Below the pieces are notes generated by a model, which saw only the letters and a program-made list of their open reading frames with translations, was not told the origin of the DNA and ran no database searches. The position numbers and the translations under genes are program-made. From Lophium mytilinum (Eukaryota), in NCBI GenBank assembly GCA_010093605.1, contig MU004198.1, positions 436,726 to 500,725 on the forward strand: a stretch of 64,000 nucleotides of DNA. The letters run 5' to 3'. Numbering within the stretch: the first letter of the stretch is position 1; each line of letters starts with the position of its first letter. Below are positions 59,692 to 64,000 of this stretch, piece by piece.

Positions 59692-61525
59692 ATGCCTGCC
59701 TCAGAGCCCAAGGTGTTGCTGAAAGTCCCAAAATTCTTTGATACGCCACCGCCATCCCTCTCGACGCTCCCGATCGAGTTAGTTGTCAAACTGACCGATT
59801 TTCTCGATGCTTCATCTCTTGGGCGACTCATGCGGGCAAACCAGCGCTTGAACAAGGTTCTCCAGGCGACTCTCCATGAACGGGCTATTGAGAATCGTCA
59901 ACCCTTGAATCGTCGAGCGGAACCTGCCTTAGATTGGGCAGTTCGCAATCGCAAACCCAAGCTCGTCAAATACCTCTTTGCGCATGGTATTACCGGTACA
60001 CATGGAGATCCAGGAGACTCCATGGCCTCTATAGTAGAGATCCAAGACGCTCCTCTACTAGCCGTGAATGAAGCTGTCCTACCACCAGCGCCAAATAGGT
60101 CTGTGGCACACATCTTGGAAATGGCCCCTGTATCGTATCGTCATGAGCTTCAAGTACTACTGCTCGGAGATAACCTTGTTGTTCATCGAGAAGGCGGAAG
60201 AGCTAGGTGCATACAGATCGAGTCCAAAGGAAGCTACCAAGGCGCTTGGTCGTTTGTTGACGGCGTCCCTAGTATTGGAAGCGCGTAAGGAGCGCCAGAT
60301 CCGGAAAGGCAACTACTTGGACGGCGAAGACTGCAGTAAACGGACGCTGAAGCTAGTGAAGATCCTCCTTTCCAGATACGGGGCAGACCCCAACGGACTC
60401 GGAGTGAAGCTGGACAAGGAATACCTGCGGTTTGGGTCGCAGACGTTTCCGTATCTCACGAAGGACCCACAGGTCTTCGAGCTTCTGCTAAAGTACGACG
60501 CCGACGTCAATGCGAACCACGATCATCGGGAAAGAAATCCGAAAGCTCTTCCTCTACTGACCCACGTCATTATGATTTCGGACGATGACGACGACACGCT
60601 GATCCGTATGTTGCTCGAGAAGGGCGCGAACCCGAATGCGCTCTCGGTGAATAGGCGTAAGCAGCCGTACACAGCGCTAGCCTACGCCGTGGTGACAGGA
60701 AAGTATAAGAACGCCCTGGCACTGCTTGAATATGGTGCAGGTGTCGGCGGATCCTGGAAGTGGAAAGGCGAGATTACCTCGATACCCTTCGAAGTGGTTG
60801 CACGCCACACGCGATCGAAGACTGATGAAGGTGTCAACCTACGATTCGAAGTCCTTCAACGCATCCTACAACGTAATGCCAATCCGCGTCTAAATTCCTC
60901 CTACGATGCTACTTCAAGACTAAAGGAACCTTATAGAGTCGATATACGAATGGTCGAGGCTGCATTAATGAACGGAAGTAGTCTTGCAGACGCCGTCAAG
61001 ACTATCAGCTTGCTCCTGGAGTACGGTGCTGATCCTAGGGCTAAGGATACCCAAGGGCAGACATTTATCCAGATGCTGCTCGACAACTTCGACCCGAAGT
61101 CGCCAAAAGAGCTGAATTGGTTCAAGGTCCTTGCAAAGGTGGCGGCTATGAAGGGGTGTATTGAGCTCCTTCCTGGTGACTATTTCTTGAGGTACTTTGC
61201 AGCTGGCTGGAAACAGGCACAAGCAATCGTTACTCAAGCTGGTTGGCGGCGGGTTGAAGCTACGGCTGTTCGCTGGGCCGAGGCTAGATATCCCCGGAAT
61301 GCCCTTATCGAGCTTGGCGAAGTTGTTAACAAAGAATCATGGGATCTGCTCATGACCATCGAAGAGTCTTACCGGAGCCTTCCTCTAGGTGGTGGTGACG
61401 TCGGGTCAAAGTACCGAGAGTTCTGGCGCACTCATCACCGTAGTGTGGAACGTTGTCTGTTCGAAGATGACGGCAAGGCGCCTAGGTTCTTTTTCCCTTT
61501 TCCGCCCGATTTGGAATTGATGTAG
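59692..61525 (+). pseudogene. F-box-like + ankyrin-repeat paralog, frameshifted at ~60068-60120
   Basis: LSTLPIELVVKLTDFLD..WAVRNRKP.L..YLFAHGITG in one frame; WPL..LLFIEKAEELG and ankyrin repeats in another; colinear with 57572-59203. Confidence 0.72.
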
Positions 61526-62512
61526 CCTTGAGTTGTTGGGAACTAGCGGGATGTGCTCATGGTGGACGGCGTAGCGTGAGGTTGGGATAGGGTTTGTGCT
61601 GGTTGGTCGGGAATGCAAGTGTAGACTGACTAAGCGACTTGGTCATCACTAATCGGAGTATCAATAGAGAATTGCCAAGTTTGACCACCAGTTTCGATCT
61701 GCACGCAGTGATTAGTTATATGTAACCCAATGAGAATATCAGCGAGGATGACCTACTATAGGCCAAGATCAGTCATCCAGCGGTAGCACCTTTAAAATAC
61801 TGATCCAGTTACAAAGCAGCGGACGAACACCAAGCTGCATCCTGCAAGCGTCATAGAGACACATCCCGGGAATCCAGTCGTTGACACTGGCGTAGTTAGC
61901 AGCAAACATAATGGTAAATCCGGTCAGTTTACTGAACAAGGACGAAGCTATCAGCCTCAGACTGAAAATGAAACGAGCCAAAATCGCCTTCCAGATAGAG
62001 ACCCTCGCCTCCTACAGCTTCTTTCAGCGCGCGGCGAGCTAGTGTGTAACCAGAGCCACCATATCAGGCGTTGAAGAGGGGTACTCTTCGAAGATTACGC
62101 CTTCCAGTACATAGCTTTCAGTAGGCTAAGCTCAGCGCCTGTAATATATACTCCGGAAAAGAGTTTCCTCCGTTGTAATCTTAATTACCTTGCCTGTGGC
62201 GTTAAGAGGGCGCTAGTTCGCCGGACGTATGAGGATGCTATACCCTGGCGGTGATGGTCGTACCCCACGCACTCGTAGAAAGGTCGTCGTAACTCTAGTA
62301 GCCTAACGCCTAGTAATCAGTTTTCTGGAAATCAGATGCAGTGCGGAAGAGCACAGCTCGCACATGCTGAAGCCCGCAGTATAAGAGCCAAGGTAGATCC
62401 CAAATTATGAGTGAGCTTCATTCCTTATCGCGCCTCTGCCAGAGTCTGCAAACCTCTTCAAGACACATCAACACGACTTGCTACAATTCCACCCACGTAA
62501 ACAACCAGGACC

Positions 62513-63623
62513 ATGGCTACCCCTCAGGACACCACAACCTACCATGGCGTCTCCGGTGACGTTAAACCCACGACAACAGCACTACCAGCCCTTGGGCCGA
62601 AAGAAATCCTGATCAAGATAACCCATACTGGACTTTGCGGAACCGATCTTGCCTACATCCCTTACGGTATCGCCCTCGGCCATGAGGGTGTGGGAACCGT
62701 ACTCGCAATTGGCAGCGACGTCACCCAATTCGCTGTCGGCGACCGTGCTGGGGGAGGATATCATCGCAACAGTTGCGGGCACTGCTCTTACTGTCTTAGC
62801 GGCCAGGACATATGGTGCTACGAGCGAACCGTGTACGGGGAAAAAGACTACGGTAACGGAACGATCGCGGGTCACTACATCGGTGTTGAGACATATCTGC
62901 ACAAGATACCAGAGGGACTCGCAAGCGAACACGCTGCACCTTTGCAATGCGCTGGTGCGACGGTGTACAACGCCCTTCTAGGGGTGGCAAAGCCTGGTGA
63001 GCGCGTGGGGGTCGTGGGTATTGGCGGATTGGGCCATTTGGCAGTCCAAATGGCGAAGAAAATGGGTGCAGAAGTTGTCGTGTTCAGTACCAGTCAAGAC
63101 AAAGAACAAGAAGCGAAGGGATTCGGTGCGAACGAGTTCTACTTGCTGAACGAGGTAGAGAAAGTGACGAAGCCGATCAACACACTGGTCGTTGCCGGGA
63201 ATAAATATCCAGATTGGGACAAGTGAGTCTTCGCGTGCTACCGACTGTACCGTGTACTGATCAAGTTCAGGTTCCTGGTAAAGAGCGTTCTTGCGCGGGC
63301 TGGAACGATCATTCCTCTCGCAGCACCTCAGGGCCGTCTCGATCTTCCGTAAGCACGCTCCATTTCATCCGATTCTGCCAATCGAAGCAGTAGTATTGAC
63401 AGATTGTAGTGCCTTCCAACTCTTCTTTGATGGATACAATGTCAAGTCGAGCTTGGTGGCTTCGCGCCGCGCGCATGATGATATGCTCGCATTTTGCGCT
63501 TCGCACGATGTCAAACCGGTTATCGAGAAGTTCGAGCTCACTGAAAGTGGAATTCAGGAAGCAATCGGAAAGCTTACATCAAACAAGATGCGGTACCGAG
63601 GCGTATTGGTGGCTCCACAGTAA
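62513..63623 (+). CDS. Zn-dependent alcohol dehydrogenase (cinnamyl-ADH/ADH6-like MDR)
   Basis: GLCGTD, GHEG, CGHCSYC..C, APLQCAGATV, GIGGLG, RYRGVL; introns 63223-63270, 63349-63409. Confidence 0.93.
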
Positions 63624-64000
63624 GTCGGAATAGCGTGCTGCTTTCGCAGCACGGTAGTCCTTGCTCGAGGGCACTATCGGACAAAGACTGAGTGAAAGGA
63701 CATCGTTGGAGGAGTAATATTTGGGAAATTAGAAGATAGTAAACGATCTGTGCACTCATTTCCATATTATGCTTTGTCTTGCCTATGTTCCCAGCAGGTA
63801 CGCTGTCCATGAATGTCGAGATACGATGCGATTATGCGAGGCGTCAGGCAGAAGCTATACCCTGCTGTCCCCTGATGTACTCAACACACCACTGTATGTA
63901 GGGCTTCCACAATGGCTCGATCTGGCGGGAAATTTCTTCCACTAAGCGAGAACTCCACCCCTCAATGAACCAGTACCCCTCCTCTTGGTTGAGATGGAGG

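Noticed and set aside
34050..61525. Island as cargo of a large mobile element (Starship-type) or horizontal insert
   Set aside because: No tyrosine recombinase, transposase, terminal repeats or target-site duplication seen, and core genes lie in the middle.

Overview
Eukaryotic DNA from a filamentous ascomycete: short GT..CTRAY..AG introns; Dothideomycete-like is my inference. No rRNA, tRNA, CRISPR array or intact transposon was seen. The left half (0-31 kb) holds mostly recognisable spliced genes: GDA1, a frameshifted FAD monooxygenase, a centrin-like EF-hand protein, a non-canonical eIF4E, DUF4598, DUF1264/OBAP, a DHA2 MFS pump, a sulfotransferase-like P-loop protein, a TauD dioxygenase, a Cys-rich 7-TM protein and a C2H2 transcription factor. 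It also holds a decayed, repeat-rich gene relic at 4-6.5 kb. The right half (34-61.5 kb) is an island of mostly intronless paralogs I could not assign to named genes, with a ubiquitin/proteolysis theme. It has four tandem F-box-like genes ending FG[PS]W*, three tandem non-secreted HExxH zincin-like genes, a RING gene, a small Cys/His protein, an F-box-like gene broken by one stop, and a head-to-head F-box+ankyrin pair (one frameshifted). A conserved divergent pair (2OG-Fe(II) oxygenase / MKT1) interrupts the island, and a Zn-ADH follows it. Many left-half genes switch from a C-rich 5' half to a G-rich 3' half. All calls come from reading motifs by eye; no database searches were run.
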